From contig CAWHPS010000035.1 of NCBI GenBank assembly GCA_963831235.1, positions 121,896 through 185,895 on the forward strand: a stretch of 64,000 nt of DNA. The letters are read 5' to 3'. The DNA comes from an uncultured Fibrobacterota bacterium. Its GTDB lineage: Bacteria; Fibrobacterota; OXYB2-FULL-49-7; JAEUSG01. This document shows, in pieces, positions 19,217 to 27,650 of the stretch (its first letter is position 1; every line of letters begins with the position of its first letter). The translations under genes and the position numbers were made by a program. The notes under the pieces are model-generated. The model did no database searches, had not been told where the DNA came from, and was given only the letters and a program-made list of their open reading frames with translations.

Positions 19217-20050
19217 ATGAATAAATCAATATTAGCCGTGGGCGTGGCCATCGCCCTTTCAATTGCTGGTATAGTATATGCCAAATCAACCGTGGTAACC
19301 GTTAAAGGATCCGACACCATGGTTATTCTGTCTCAGCGCTGGGCTGAAAAATACATGTCCTCGCATCCGGACGCTACCATTCAGATTACCGGCGGCGGAT
19401 CCGGTGTGGGCATTTCGGCGCTCATCAATGGGACCACGGAGATCTGCAATTCCTCTCGTCCCATGAAGACCTCCGAGCGTGAAAAGCTGAAGGTTCGTTT
19501 TGCCAGTCTTGGCGTTGAAATCAAGGCGGCCAGGGACGGGCTCTCTGTGTATCTGAATGAAACCAATCCGGTCAGCGAACTGTCGCTGGATCAAATCAGG
19601 CGAATTTATATCAGTGATATCACCAACTGGAAGGACGTGGGCGGACCGGATGCGAAAATTATCGTCTATGGCCGCGAAAACAGCTCCGGCACGTATGTTT
19701 ATTTCCGCGACTTTGTGCTTAAGGGAGCGGATTACACGCCCCTGATGCAGAGCATGCCCGGCACAGCCGCGGTGGTGAATGCGGTCTCCAAAGACAAACT
19801 CGGCATTGGTTTTGGCGGTGCGGCTTACGCCAAGGGCGTTAAGTTCGTCAAGGTAAAAAAGGACGCGAATAGTGAGGCCTATGAACCTACGCCTGAAGCC
19901 ATCAAGGCCGGGCAATATCCCATTACCCGTTACCTCTACATGTACGTGCGCAGCCGGCCTACCGGTCCGGTAAAGGACTACATTGACTTTGTTTTAAGCG
20001 AAGAAGGCCAGAAAATTGCTACGGAAGTAGGATATTTTCCGGTAAAATAG
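19217..20050 (+). CDS. pstS: Phosphate ABC transporter substrate-binding protein PstS
   Basis: The 277-aa ORF has a signal peptide and a PBP-like fold (GSDTMVILSQRWAEKY...GGGSGVG). It is in operon position ahead of pstCAB. Confidence 0.9.
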   Translation: MNKSILAVGVAIALSIAGIVYAKSTVVTVKGSDTMVILSQRWAEKYMSSHPDATIQITGGGSGVGISALINGTTEICNSSRPMKTSEREKLKVRFASLGVEIKAARDGLSVYLNETNPVSELSLDQIRRIYISDITNWKDVGGPDAKIIVYGRENSSGTYVYFRDFVLKGADYTPLMQSMPGTAAVVNAVSKDKLGIGFGGAAYAKGVKFVKVKKDANSEAYEPTPEAIKAGQYPITRYLYMYVRSRPTGPVKDYIDFVLSEEGQKIATEVGYFPVK

Positions 20051-20054
20051 TATT

Positions 20055-21071
20055 ATGCAAAACAAATCCTTCACCGGCCGCAAATTCCGCCCCTTGGAAT
20101 TTCTTATCGAGAAATCCCTGGCCGGTGTTGCTTTTCTTTCACTCTTATTTATCGCGCTTATTTTTATCTTCGTTTTCCGGGAGGCGCTGAGTGTTTTTTC
20201 AAAACCCGACGCTGCAGCGTCCACGTCCGCGGCGGAGACCTTTGAAACATATGGGGATGATGGCGGTGAACCGGAGGTTGCGATGGTTCCGAAGGAGGCC
20301 TTGGAGGAGCGCCTCTCCGTGAAAGCGCTATTCAGCGGTTCCTGGCAGCCTGTTTCGCTTAATCCGCAGTACGGCTTGCTGCCGCTTATCCTCGCCAGTT
20401 TCAAAGTGGCCATCATCGCCATCTTAATTGCGGGACCCATTGGCGTGCTTTGCGCTATATTCACCTCTATGTTCGCCTCAAAGTGGCTGAAGGAAATCCT
20501 GAAGCCTGCCATTGAAATCCTTGCGGGGTTTCCCTCTGTGGTCATCGGTTTTTTCGCGCTGATTGTACTGGCCACTTTTTTTCAGAATCTCTTCGGGCTC
20601 CAATATCGTCTTAACGCCTTTACCGGCGGCGCCGCCCTGGCCTTGACCATTATCCCTGTTATTTTTACCATTTCGGACGACTCGCTCTCCGCTGTGCCAA
20701 AGTCGCTTATCGAAGCAAGTCTGGCGCTTGGCGCGTCCAAATGGGAGACCGTGTTTTTCGTGGTCTTCCCCGCGGCATTGCCGGGTATATTCGCGGCCAT
20801 CCTTCTTGGCATAGGCCGGGCTGTTGGTGAGACTATGATTGTGCTCATGGCCACCGGAAACGCGGCCATTATGTCTTTTTCGCCTTTTGATCCGGTCCGG
20901 ACTATGGCAGCCACCATCGGCGCGGAAATGGCCGAGGTGGTTTTCGGAGATACTCATTACGGCGTTCTGTTTGTTGTGGGCGTTCTGCTGTTTATCTTTT
21001 CCTTTTTACTCAATCTCACGGCGGAAGTTTTTGTCCGCGACCGTCTCATGAGACGGTTCAGGGGAGCGTAA
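20055..21071 (+). CDS. pstC: Phosphate ABC transporter permease PstC
   Basis: The 338-aa ORF carries the ABC permease EAA-like motif (EASLALGASKWETVFFVVFPAALPGI). Confidence 0.9.
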   Translation: MQNKSFTGRKFRPLEFLIEKSLAGVAFLSLLFIALIFIFVFREALSVFSKPDAAASTSAAETFETYGDDGGEPEVAMVPKEALEERLSVKALFSGSWQPVSLNPQYGLLPLILASFKVAIIAILIAGPIGVLCAIFTSMFASKWLKEILKPAIEILAGFPSVVIGFFALIVLATFFQNLFGLQYRLNAFTGGAALALTIIPVIFTISDDSLSAVPKSLIEASLALGASKWETVFFVVFPAALPGIFAAILLGIGRAVGETMIVLMATGNAAIMSFSPFDPVRTMAATIGAEMAEVVFGDTHYGVLFVVGVLLFIFSFLLNLTAEVFVRDRLMRRFRGA

Positions 21072-21072
21072 C

Positions 21073-21981
21073 ATGCAAAGCCGCAAGAAAATCATTAACA
21101 CTGCTGTTATCGGGGTTACCGGCTTTTTCGCCTTTGCCGTGATTGGGTTGATTGTGCTGATTATGGGGATCATCATCCATGGCGGATGGTCCAACATGTC
21201 CTGGGAGTTTCTTACCAGCGCGCCTCTCGAAGGCATGACCAAGGGGGGGATTTTTCCAGCGATAGTGGGTACCTTTCTTCTTACGATCATTATGTCCATT
21301 GTCGGTGTTCCCATCGGTACCATCACCGCAGTTTTCCTATGCGAATATGTGGCTGAAAAATCTCCGGTCACCCGCGTTATTCGTTTTGCGGTCAATACGC
21401 TGGCTGGCATCCCGTCCATTGTTTTCGGGCTTTTTGGCCTTGGTTTTTTTGTGCAGTTTATGGGCCCTGGGCTTGACAAATTGTTCACCCCCGCCGGGGA
21501 AATCCACTGGGCCCAGCCCAATATTCTCTGGGCCAGCCTGACCATGGCGGTACTTACACTGCCGGTTGTCATCGTCTCGGTCGAGGAGGCCATCCGGTCT
21601 GTGCCGCAGGATCTTCGCGAAGCAAGCCTGGCCCTTGGCGCAACAAAGTGGCAGACCGTGTCCCGGGTGGTGATTCCCAATTCCTTTACCGGGATACTGA
21701 CCGGCGCAATCCTCGCCGTGAGCCGCGGCGCCGGAGAGGTGGCGCCCATTCTTTTCACCGGCGCGGCCTATTTTCTGCCCAACCTTCCGAACTCATTGTC
21801 GGATCAGTTCATGAACCTTGGGTATCATGTTTACATTATGTCAACGCAATCCGCCGATGTGGACGCAACCCGCGGCATTCAATACGCCACCACGTTGACG
21901 CTGCTTATGCTGACCTTTGCACTCAACTTTTCCGCTATCTTCCTGCGCTTTCAAGTGCGCAGGCGGATGGTTCAATCCTAA
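21073..21981 (+). CDS. pstA: Phosphate ABC transporter permease PstA
   Basis: The 302-aa ORF carries the motif EASLALGATKWQTVSRVVIPNSFTGI. Confidence 0.9.
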   Translation: MQSRKKIINTAVIGVTGFFAFAVIGLIVLIMGIIIHGGWSNMSWEFLTSAPLEGMTKGGIFPAIVGTFLLTIIMSIVGVPIGTITAVFLCEYVAEKSPVTRVIRFAVNTLAGIPSIVFGLFGLGFFVQFMGPGLDKLFTPAGEIHWAQPNILWASLTMAVLTLPVVIVSVEEAIRSVPQDLREASLALGATKWQTVSRVVIPNSFTGILTGAILAVSRGAGEVAPILFTGAAYFLPNLPNSLSDQFMNLGYHVYIMSTQSADVDATRGIQYATTLTLLMLTFALNFSAIFLRFQVRRRMVQS

Positions 21982-21996
21982 TACCGGAAGAATCAC

Positions 21997-22761
21997 ATGG
22001 AAAACAAAGACTTTCAGATTACGTCGAGGGACCTCAATTTTCATTATGGCGAAAAACAGGTACTTTATAACATCAACCTTGGAATTCAAAAATGCAAAGT
22101 TACTGCCCTTATCGGTCCTTCTGGCTGCGGCAAAACCACATTTTTGCGATGTCTTAACCGGTTGAATGATCTTATTAAAATCGCCAAACATACCGGAGAC
22201 ATATTAATAGATGGGCAGAGCATTTTTGACAGCAACGTTGATGTTGTGGCTTTGCGTAAACGGGTGGGAATGGTTTTCCAGAAATCAAATCCCTTTCCAA
22301 AATCCATCTTTGATAACGTGGCGTATGGTCCCCGCGTAAATGGGGTTAACGGGCGCAGGAATCTTGAAAAAGTTGTGGAACGCTCACTCCGGCAAGCCGC
22401 ACTTTGGGATGAAGTCAAGGACCGGCTGGGCGATTCCGCGCTGGGGTTATCCGGCGGACAACAGCAAAGGCTCTGTATTGCCCGGACACTGGCCGTTGAT
22501 CCAGAGATTATCCTGATGGATGAACCTGCATCAGCCCTTGACCCCATCTCTACTTCCAAAATTGAAGATTTGATAGCGGAACTGAAGAAAAATTACACAA
22601 TAGTCATTGTTACTCATAATATGCAACAGGCAGCGCGCGTGTCAGACTATACGGCCTTTTTCTTATTGGGAAAACTAATTGAGATGGATGAGACAAACAA
22701 GATATTCACAAACCCAGCGCAAAAGACAACGGAAGATTATATAACCGGACGCTTCGGCTAA
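21997..22761 (+). CDS. pstB: Phosphate ABC transporter ATP-binding protein PstB
   Basis: The 254-aa ORF has Walker [10 protein letters not shown], the ABC signature [13 protein letters not shown], and Walker B ILMDEP. Confidence 0.95.
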   Translation: MENKDFQITSRDLNFHYGEKQVLYNINLGIQKCKVTALIGPSGCGKTTFLRCLNRLNDLIKIAKHTGDILIDGQSIFDSNVDVVALRKRVGMVFQKSNPFPKSIFDNVAYGPRVNGVNGRRNLEKVVERSLRQAALWDEVKDRLGDSALGLSGGQQQRLCIARTLAVDPEIILMDEPASALDPISTSKIEDLIAELKKNYTIVIVTHNMQQAARVSDYTAFFLLGKLIEMDETNKIFTNPAQKTTEDYITGRFG

Positions 22762-22777
22762 GATTAAAGGAGATTCA

Positions 22778-23470
22778 ATGACAATGAAACATTTCTTTGA
22801 TGAAGAATACGATAAACTTCGGCAGCACATTATTACAATGGGAACCGAGGTTGAACAGCAGCTTTTCAGAGCAATAGACGCGCACCTTAATTACGATGAA
22901 CAGGCTGCCGAGTATGTGATAAATTATGATCATATTATAGATAAAATGGAGATTGAAATAGATGATATATGCGTGAAGCTTTTTGCGAAACTTCAACCAA
23001 TTGCCTATGACCTGAGGTTTTTAACCTCAGTCATAAAGATTAATAATGATTTTGAGCGTATCGGTGATCAAGCGGTAAGCATTGCCCGGCATTCACTTTA
23101 TCTTATCCCAAGACCAAGGCTTGCCATTGACCTTAGGCCGATGGCCGCACTTGCAAAGGAGATGGTAAACCGTGTTGTTGACGCGCTTGTGAATAATAAT
23201 ATTGATTTTGCTCAGGAGGTTTTGGTCCTTGAGGAAAGAATGGATAAATATGAAGTTGATTATATGGGTGAAGTAATATCCGTTATGAAAGAGGACTCCA
23301 AAAACATCAAGAGGGGAATCAGCTTCATGTTCATAACAAGGTGCCTGGAAAAGGCCGGAGACTTATCAACGAATGTTGCTGAGGATATTGTGTTTTATAT
23401 GAATGCTAGGGACATCAGGCATTCAAAATCAGCTGATGAAAAGGTTATTTTAAAACCGGATCGACCTTAG
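22778..23470 (+). CDS. phoU: Phosphate signaling complex protein PhoU
   Basis: The 230-aa ORF has two PhoU repeats (…DDICVKLFAKLQPIAYDLRF... / ...DYMGEVISVMKED...). It directly follows pstB. Confidence 0.9.
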   Translation: MTMKHFFDEEYDKLRQHIITMGTEVEQQLFRAIDAHLNYDEQAAEYVINYDHIIDKMEIEIDDICVKLFAKLQPIAYDLRFLTSVIKINNDFERIGDQAVSIARHSLYLIPRPRLAIDLRPMAALAKEMVNRVVDALVNNNIDFAQEVLVLEERMDKYEVDYMGEVISVMKEDSKNIKRGISFMFITRCLEKAGDLSTNVAEDIVFYMNARDIRHSKSADEKVILKPDRP

Positions 23471-23477
23471 TTTTTTC

Positions 23478-23636
23478 GTAACTGTTCAGGCATCTTTCCG
23501 GCCCCTCGATACACCAGCCGGTTGCCGAGTGTCCGCCGCCCCTCGATACGCGCCAAAAGCGCTACTCGGGGATCGGCGGATGTATCGAGGCGCACCGGCT
23601 GGCAATCGGGGACCGTCAAGATACCTGAACAGTTAC
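23478..23636. repeat. GC-rich MITE-like repeat, copy B (inverted orientation relative to copy A)
   Basis: CGTAACTGTTCAGGCAT...ACCTGAACAGTTACG are terminal inverted repeats. The core is the reverse complement of the copy-A core (CCCCTCGATACGCGCCAAAAGCGCTACTCGGGGATCGGCGGATGTATCGAGGCAC). It lies between the phoU stop and the adjacent IS. Confidence 0.7.
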
Positions 23637-23699
23637 GTTTTTTCTAAAGCCGAATTAACCGGTAAAAGCATGGGGTGCATGACAGCTAATGCATAGCCC

Positions 23700-24956
23700 C
23701 TACGCGGCATTTCTCAAGAAAACCCGGTTTGCCTCCGCGAGGAACAGCATTCTTTTGTCCCAAAAAGTGTCCCATCGCTTGGTTGTCGATAATTCGGCTG
23801 CCCGTATTTGCATAACAGCCTCCACTTTATTTTCTGTCCAGAACTTATCAGAGGCTTTCACTCTTTGATTGACCTGCTTGATAAGACTCTCCACCCGACA
23901 ACTCGATACCGGTAATCCCAACTTTCGGATACGTGGATAATCCATTCTGGAAGCATTTTCATTGATATAGTGGATTGCTCTTCTCAGGATGATTCGTGGG
24001 TCACTATCGGACGCTTGCTTCGGAGGCAAACCAATTTCCGTTTGTTTTTGTGACAAAAGGTTTAATATAGGCACCACTTCACCCTTCCATGCATGAGTAA
24101 TCAACGTGACATAGAAAAGCCACGCCTGCTCCTGGGACTTGACCGTGGCTTGGGCAACAGCGAATAGATGCTCAACGAGATGGACAAAGTCCAAGAGCGC
24201 TAACCAGTGACTGAAGAACATCTCATAGACCAACCAATTGCCCGTGCCCCCATCTGAGATAAACAGTTTTTTCGGAGCTGCGTTGAGATTCAGTCTTTCA
24301 GCTTCATTCCGTACCAATGGAGCGAAACCTTTTGCATCCAACATGCTGACCACACAGCTTTTCAGCAGGATGGTGTCTTTCTTGTGCGTATGCGGTTGAG
24401 GGGGGAGTGAAACTGTATTATTGACCTTTTCTTTTTCGGTTGCTTTGGCATGCCCAGCCAAGCCCGTTACCAAGGCACGAACAGAATCTTTATCGATGAA
24501 GACTGTTGGAACCTCTGGATGTGGGTCCACCTCATGACTGTCCGCTTCCATTATCTGGAGATGGGCGATATTGTCTGCTTTCCATTGGGGGTTGTGTACT
24601 CCGGGTAGATCGTTTTCCGCACGGGTTTGAACACGTCCACCATCGACCGAGACAACCGATGCTGGAGGGTTTTTGGGGACAACAGTTTGATCCACAAGCT
24701 GGCTATGGTCACGGACGGATAATAATTCTTTGCCAATTTTATCTGTGATTCTGGCAATTTGCCGATAACTGATGAAAATATCGCCTATCTCTGCTAAAAC
24801 AGTTTCTGCCTGTTGATACGAATTGCAATTGCCACCAGCCCAACTGATTTTCTTAAGCAGAGAGGGGCTGTAATCGACACTATCAAACCCCAATAAACGA
24901 CGCCAGGGGGGAAAAATCCCGCCGACATTTCTGACAGCCGAATATGGGTGCTGCAA
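23700..24956 (-). CDS. Transposase, catalytic (DDE) portion; likely fused to upstream 139-aa ORF by frameshift
   Basis: The 418-aa ORF is internal to the IS. Its 5' end overlaps the 24883..25302 ORF by 74 nt in a different frame, across a T5C6 homopolymer (plus-strand GGGGGGAAAAA, 24906-24916). Confidence 0.75.
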   Translation of the reverse strand: MQHPYSAVRNVGGIFPPWRRLLGFDSVDYSPSLLKKISWAGGNCNSYQQAETVLAEIGDIFISYRQIARITDKIGKELLSVRDHSQLVDQTVVPKNPPASVVSVDGGRVQTRAENDLPGVHNPQWKADNIAHLQIMEADSHEVDPHPEVPTVFIDKDSVRALVTGLAGHAKATEKEKVNNTVSLPPQPHTHKKDTILLKSCVVSMLDAKGFAPLVRNEAERLNLNAAPKKLFISDGGTGNWLVYEMFFSHWLALLDFVHLVEHLFAVAQATVKSQEQAWLFYVTLITHAWKGEVVPILNLLSQKQTEIGLPPKQASDSDPRIILRRAIHYINENASRMDYPRIRKLGLPVSSCRVESLIKQVNQRVKASDKFWTENKVEAVMQIRAAELSTTKRWDTFWDKRMLFLAEANRVFLRNAA

Positions 24957-25302
24957 ACGGGAGTTTTCCTACTGCCGTATTAACCATCACGGATTCTTCT
25001 TTTGCTTTCTTTTCTGCGTCTTCTTTTCGCTTGCTGGGTGTATGACATTTGGGACAATCGCATTCTTTGGCAAGCAGTACTTCGATTAACACAGGATCCA
25101 TTAGAATGCTCTTTTCCAGAAGATATTCTCCAATCTCTTTGCCTAAGGCAACGACCAGTTCCTCCCTCTCTGTAATAGTCGGGAAATGCCCATCGGATTG
25201 TCGCCCTGTCTTTTGTTTGATTCGCTCCAGCATACCATCCATCATTTGAAGTAGTTCGTTCCGGATTCCGTCCCACGAATCGGTTGATGTAACCTTTGAC
25301 AT
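24883..25302 (-). CDS. Transposase N-terminal portion with CxxC...CxxC zinc-finger (CDCPKCH...CQKCRR)
   Basis: The 139-aa ORF is internal to the IS. Deleting one C in the C6 run would fuse it in frame to the 418-aa ORF, giving a protein of about 540 aa. Confidence 0.6.
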   Translation of the reverse strand: MSKVTSTDSWDGIRNELLQMMDGMLERIKQKTGRQSDGHFPTITEREELVVALGKEIGEYLLEKSILMDPVLIEVLLAKECDCPKCHTPSKRKEDAEKKAKEESVMVNTAVGKLPFAAPIFGCQKCRRDFSPLASFIGV

Positions 25303-25308
25303 TTTCTT

Positions 25309-25602
25309 TCACTCCTTTCTTGTTCTCCTTTTTGCACGATAGGACTTCAATAGCCCCTGTATCGTTTTATGTGTGTTAGATTCAATTTCCCTGTTCATTA
25401 CTTTCCATTGTTTGCAGAATGATTGGATGCTTTTGACCAGTTCTTGCGGAATATGGACGGTGTAGGTCTTTCCTGATTTCCGGTAGGATAAATAATAAGC
25501 GGAATGAAGCTCGTTATCCGTGCAGTGGCAGTTCTTTTTACCGCACTTGAAGTGGGTTTGCCCTAAGGATGCTTTGAGGTAGGGGGTTGTATCCTTTTGC
25601 AT
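25309..25602 (-). CDS. Small basic Cys/His-rich IS accessory protein (HFKCGKKNCHCTDNELHSAYYLSYRKSGKTY)
   Basis: The 97-aa ORF is the first gene inside the IS, just inside the right terminal inverted repeat. No confident family assignment is possible. Confidence 0.45.
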   Translation of the reverse strand: MQKDTTPYLKASLGQTHFKCGKKNCHCTDNELHSAYYLSYRKSGKTYTVHIPQELVKSIQSFCKQWKVMNREIESNTHKTIQGLLKSYRAKRRTRKE

Positions 25603-25940
25603 AGCCTTATTATAATATTATAACAAGATAATGTCAAGAAATATTTTTGTTAAATTCATTAAAATCGGAAAGGCGATCGGATTTTACAGGGTACCTACAT
25701 TTTTGACTACATTAGCTGTCATGCACCCAAAAGCATGCAAAATATTGATATTATTGCGTAATAAGTATATCTTATTTCAGAAAGATTTAAAAGGTAAAAC
25801 CATGAATTTGGATCGCAGCAGGATATCAATACATAATTCTGAAAAAACCGGTCATGATGAGGTTTATTGTTCTGATAAATCCAAGGCCCTTTCATTTGTT
25901 TGGGAGCTTACCAAAGAAATATTCTCGCTCACAGGAAAAT

Positions 25941-26393
25941 ATGATGTTGAATCAAGATTACAAAGAAATCATATCGTTATTACTCGATAATAAAGTTGAT
26001 TTTTTATTAATCGGGGCCTATGCTTTGGCGGTGCATGGTTTTCCAAGATCCACTGGTGATATAGATCTTTTTATAAAACCAAACCCTGAAAATGCCAAAG
26101 TTTTAATGAGCTCACTTGAAAAGTTCGGCGCGCCACTTGAAAATGTAAAAGCAGAGGATTTTTCTTTTCCCGGAATAATTCTTCAGATTGGAGTTGCTCC
26201 CCGGCGAATAGATATTATAACAAAGATATCCGGTCTGACATACGATGAAGCCTCTATGGGAAAAGAAATAATAGATATAGAAGGGTTACGGGTTCCTGTA
26301 ATATCAAAGCAAAATCTTATTAAAAATAAGTTAGCAACCGGACGCGACAAGGATCTTATTGATGCAGGTAAACTTTCGAATAACTCTTTATAA
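25941..26393 (+). CDS. Nucleotidyltransferase-fold protein (minimal NTase / putative MNT-type antitoxin-like)
   Basis: The motifs HGFPRSTGDIDLFIKPNPEN and KLATGRDKDLID are typical of small nucleotidyltransferases. The start is taken at ATG 25941, which has an AGGA SD. The track ORF extends to 25854, but that region overlaps the IS terminal inverted repeat. Confidence 0.5.
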   Translation: MMLNQDYKEIISLLLDNKVDFLLIGAYALAVHGFPRSTGDIDLFIKPNPENAKVLMSSLEKFGAPLENVKAEDFSFPGIILQIGVAPRRIDIITKISGLTYDEASMGKEIIDIEGLRVPVISKQNLIKNKLATGRDKDLIDAGKLSNNSL

Positions 26394-26449
26394 AAAGCAC
26401 TTTTTCAGTTTTCATGTGCCAGCATAGATAAATTGGCAACATGTATGTT

Positions 26450-27520
26450 TTAAATCCCAGGCTTGATTAAAATCTTTAAATGCTTTTCCGGTTCTTTTTC
26501 CAATAGTTCAAATGCTTGTTGTGTTTTACTCGCCGGCATCTCGTCTGTCACGAGTTTCTTAGGGTAAAGTTTTTTAAGAGACATAAGCTTTAATGCTTCA
26601 CTAAACTCACCTGCTGTAACACGGGAGGTAATAAGTTTTGCCTCTTTCCAGATGAGTTCCTTCATGACAAGCGGCACTGGTTTATCTGAAAGACCCAGTA
26701 CGCATACGCTTCCACCTTGGCGGATTGACTGGATACATTGCCGCACCGGAAGGAATTGGCCTGGCATTGGATGCGCATGACCCACGGCTTCAAAGGCAAT
26801 ATCAACACCCCGTCCTTTTGTGAGTTCTAATATTTTCTTAACAGGATTTTCCTTTGCTGCATTAATTAAATGAACACGGGGCAGGACATTCTTTGCAATT
26901 GAAAGGCGGGAATCAAGAGTGTCGATAATAAATAAATCTCTTTTAGTTCTGATCATTGCTGCTTGTAAAATAACCTGGCCGATTTTTCCTGCTCCAAAGA
27001 TTGCTGCTGTGTCGCCTTTTTGTATGCCTGAACGGTTACATGCATGCAGGCCGATTGAAAGCACCTCTACAAGCGCGGCATCCTTATCGGAAACTGAGTC
27101 TGGTACTGGATAAAGCATGAATTCTTCAGCAGCCACAAATTCACCAAAACCGCCGTTCACGTCAATGCCAAGAAGTTTAAGCGTAGCGCAGGCCTGATGA
27201 TGTCCTTTTTCACATGCAGCGCATTTGCCGCACCAGAAAATCGGATCAACTGCCACACGTTCTCCGATTTTAGCCTTTTTTACCCTCTTGCCCTTGGCAA
27301 CAATGATTCCAGCAAACTCATGGCCCTGAACAAATGGGAGTTTGGTGCGCGGATGGAAATCGCCTCTGAATACATGCTCATCGCTTCCGCAGATGCTGGC
27401 ATAGTTTACCTTTACTACCACACCCGTGGGAGTTGGCGCGGGATCAGGGATTTCTTGCCAGATGATATGACGATATTTTGTCAGAACAGGTGCTTTCATA
27501 TATAATTGGTAACTGTTCAT
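26450..27520 (-). CDS. Zinc-dependent alcohol dehydrogenase (MDR family; threonine/sorbitol dehydrogenase-like)
   Basis: Zn-ADH signatures are present: CGSDEHVFRGDF, GHEFAG, the structural-zinc Cys cluster CGKCAACEKGHHQAC, and a Rossmann motif GAGKIGQ. The start is taken at MNSYQLYMKAP, because the longer track ORF runs into the MITE. Confidence 0.85.
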   Translation of the reverse strand: MNSYQLYMKAPVLTKYRHIIWQEIPDPAPTPTGVVVKVNYASICGSDEHVFRGDFHPRTKLPFVQGHEFAGIIVAKGKRVKKAKIGERVAVDPIFWCGKCAACEKGHHQACATLKLLGIDVNGGFGEFVAAEEFMLYPVPDSVSDKDAALVEVLSIGLHACNRSGIQKGDTAAIFGAGKIGQVILQAAMIRTKRDLFIIDTLDSRLSIAKNVLPRVHLINAAKENPVKKILELTKGRGVDIAFEAVGHAHPMPGQFLPVRQCIQSIRQGGSVCVLGLSDKPVPLVMKELIWKEAKLITSRVTAGEFSEALKLMSLKKLYPKKLVTDEMPASKTQQAFELLEKEPEKHLKILIKPGI

Positions 27521-27631
27521 GCGTCTTTCCGGTCCCCGAGTGACAGCCGGTGCCTCGATACATCCGCCTTCAGCGGACACTCGGCAACCGGCTGTTGTAT
27601 CGAGGGGCCGGAAAGATGTCAGAACAGTTAC
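27510..27631. repeat. GC-rich MITE-like repeat, copy C (TIR GTAACTGTTCATG ... TCAGAACAGTTAC)
   Basis: The 122-bp element has the core GGTCCCCGAGTGACAGCCGGTGCCTCGATACATCCGCCTTCAGCGGACACTCGGCAACCGGCTG. Its left terminal inverted repeat supplies the candidate ATG of the alcohol dehydrogenase gene on the opposite strand (CATGAACAGTTAC). Confidence 0.7.
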
Positions 27632-27650
27632 AATAATTCTTAAAAAATAA

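Larger units (their letters stand above)
23673..25728 (-). mobile_element. Insertion sequence (about 2056 bp) with perfect 19-bp TIRs (GGGTGCATGACAGCTAATG / CATTAGCTGTCATGCACCC) and 9-bp target-site duplication AAAAGCATG; DDE transposase family not confidently assigned (ISKra4/ISL3-like by impression)
   Basis: The terminal inverted repeats and the direct repeats were read directly: 23664-23672 and 25729-25737 are both AAAAGCATG. The element contains three minus-strand ORFs of 97, 139 and 418 aa. Confidence 0.8.

Noticed and set aside
19286-21758. Long opposite-strand ORFs inside pstS/pstC/pstA (19286..19915, 19994..20575, 20478..20957, 21006..21758 on the minus strand).
   Set aside because: These are spurious stop-free frames caused by the high GC of the Pho block. 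The plus-strand genes have clear ABC-transporter motifs.
25631-25990. A 119-aa plus-strand ORF that could be a gene partnered with the nucleotidyltransferase.
   Set aside because: Its 5' half is IS sequence, including the right terminal inverted repeat, so it is most likely a chance ORF created by the insertion.
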